DNA of 64,000 nt from Cirrosporium novae-zelandiae (taxonomy: Eukaryota), in NCBI GenBank assembly GCA_026023565.1, contig JAPETS010000008.1, forward strand, positions 682,001-746,000, written 5' to 3'. Shown piece after piece: positions 63,315 through 64,000 of the stretch (its first letter is position 1; the number at the start of each line of letters is the position of its first letter). Under the pieces are notes generated by a model. That model did no database searches. It saw nothing but the letters and a program-made list of their open reading frames with translations, and was not told the origin of the DNA. The translations under genes were made by a program, and so were the position numbers.

Positions 63315-64000
63315 ATGTATCATCATAATCTTCTATCAACAGTGTCCCTCCAATTGAACACTGCGCCTTCATCCACTACTCTTCCCTCCAAACCCTTCAA
63401 TAGCATCTACAATCCGCCTGATCCCCAGCAAAAATTATGGTCTTCTGCAACTACAGACCAAATATTCAGTGGTCCCAAACTACGACGCAGTTTGCGACGG
63501 CCTACTCGATCGCCATCCTTTTTGTCTAGACAGCGGAAGGGGGGAGTATATAAGTGCGAAGTGGTGGAAGGTTGCAAGAGCTCACCTAATTTGCCCTCTT
63601 CTCCCTTCCGCTCAGTCAAGTGTATGAAGGAACCATTTTCCTTCTTGCTTTCTTCTGCCTCTGCCTCATCGCGACCAGAGACTAATGATTTTGAAGTGAG
63701 GGAAGATAGTACTCCGGCTACAACTGATCATCCATTTGATGGCGTTTGTCATACTCTAGAACCTTTTGAGCTATCCCAAATGAACTTGGGACATCGAACA
63801 ATCAATCGTTCTATTTCTTCCACACATCTAGGTATGTACAGTGGTAAGCTGGACTCTTTAGATATCCATCGACCCGTGGAGTTTGATGGAAAAGGAAGGA
63901 AGCCAAGGCGTTCACAATCCTCATTTGAGCTATTCTACGACGAGCTAGATATCGTTGCCTCTTATGAAGAATACTCCCGACAACTTGAGCAATGCAATGG
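63315..64000 (+). CDS. Hypothetical protein, 5' part; reading frame runs off the window
   Basis: The frame from ATG 63315 is stop-free to the window end (~228 codons, S/P-rich, MYHHNLLS...PFRSVKCMKEPF...). It is absent from the ORF track, presumably because it has no stop. Confidence 0.55.
   Translation, partial: MYHHNLLSTVSLQLNTAPSSTTLPSKPFNSIYNPPDPQQKLWSSATTDQIFSGPKLRRSLRRPTRSPSFLSRQRKGGVYKCEVVEGCKSSPNLPSSPFRSVKCMKEPFSFLLSSASASSRPETNDFEVREDSTPATTDHPFDGVCHTLEPFELSQMNLGHRTINRSISSTHLGMYSGKLDSLDIHRPVEFDGKGRKPRRSQSSFELFYDELDIVASYEEYSRQLEQCN

Noticed and set aside
1..64000. Transposons, RIP-mutated repeats, tRNA/rRNA and secondary-metabolite backbone genes
   Set aside because: I saw no transposase, RT, LTR, TIR, cloverleaf or PKS/NRPS signature by eye; tRNAscan, Infernal and RepeatMasker were not run.

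Overview
This is genomic DNA from a filamentous ascomycete (Pezizomycotina), judged from its short spliceosomal introns with CTRAC-type branch sites and its fungal protein families. It holds about 25 protein-coding genes and 3 decayed genes; I saw no rRNA, tRNA, CRISPR array or intact transposon. Housekeeping genes flank the interesting block: CBP4, peroxisomal malate synthase and a choline/amino-acid permease on the left; NEW1/elf1, a GH76 DCW1-like gene, an MFS transporter, a DODA-type dioxygenase, complex I B8 subunit, MPC2 and ERF2 on the right. Between them (~9.4-31.6 kb) lies a putative N-heterocycle catabolic cluster. It contains a PydA-like class III extradiol dioxygenase, an FAD monooxygenase ending in a PTS1-type ARL, two M20 amidohydrolases, a class II aldolase, a D-2-hydroxyacid dehydrogenase, an NmrA-like reductase and a dead Fcy2-type permease. 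It also encodes an unusual ~1315-aa regulator with two complete Zn2Cys6 + fungal TF-domain modules, and its promoters share a TTATC(C/G)G-type motif. Splicing oddities include an apparent 2-nt micro-exon and three GC-AG introns. All gene models and family calls were made by eye; no database searches were run.
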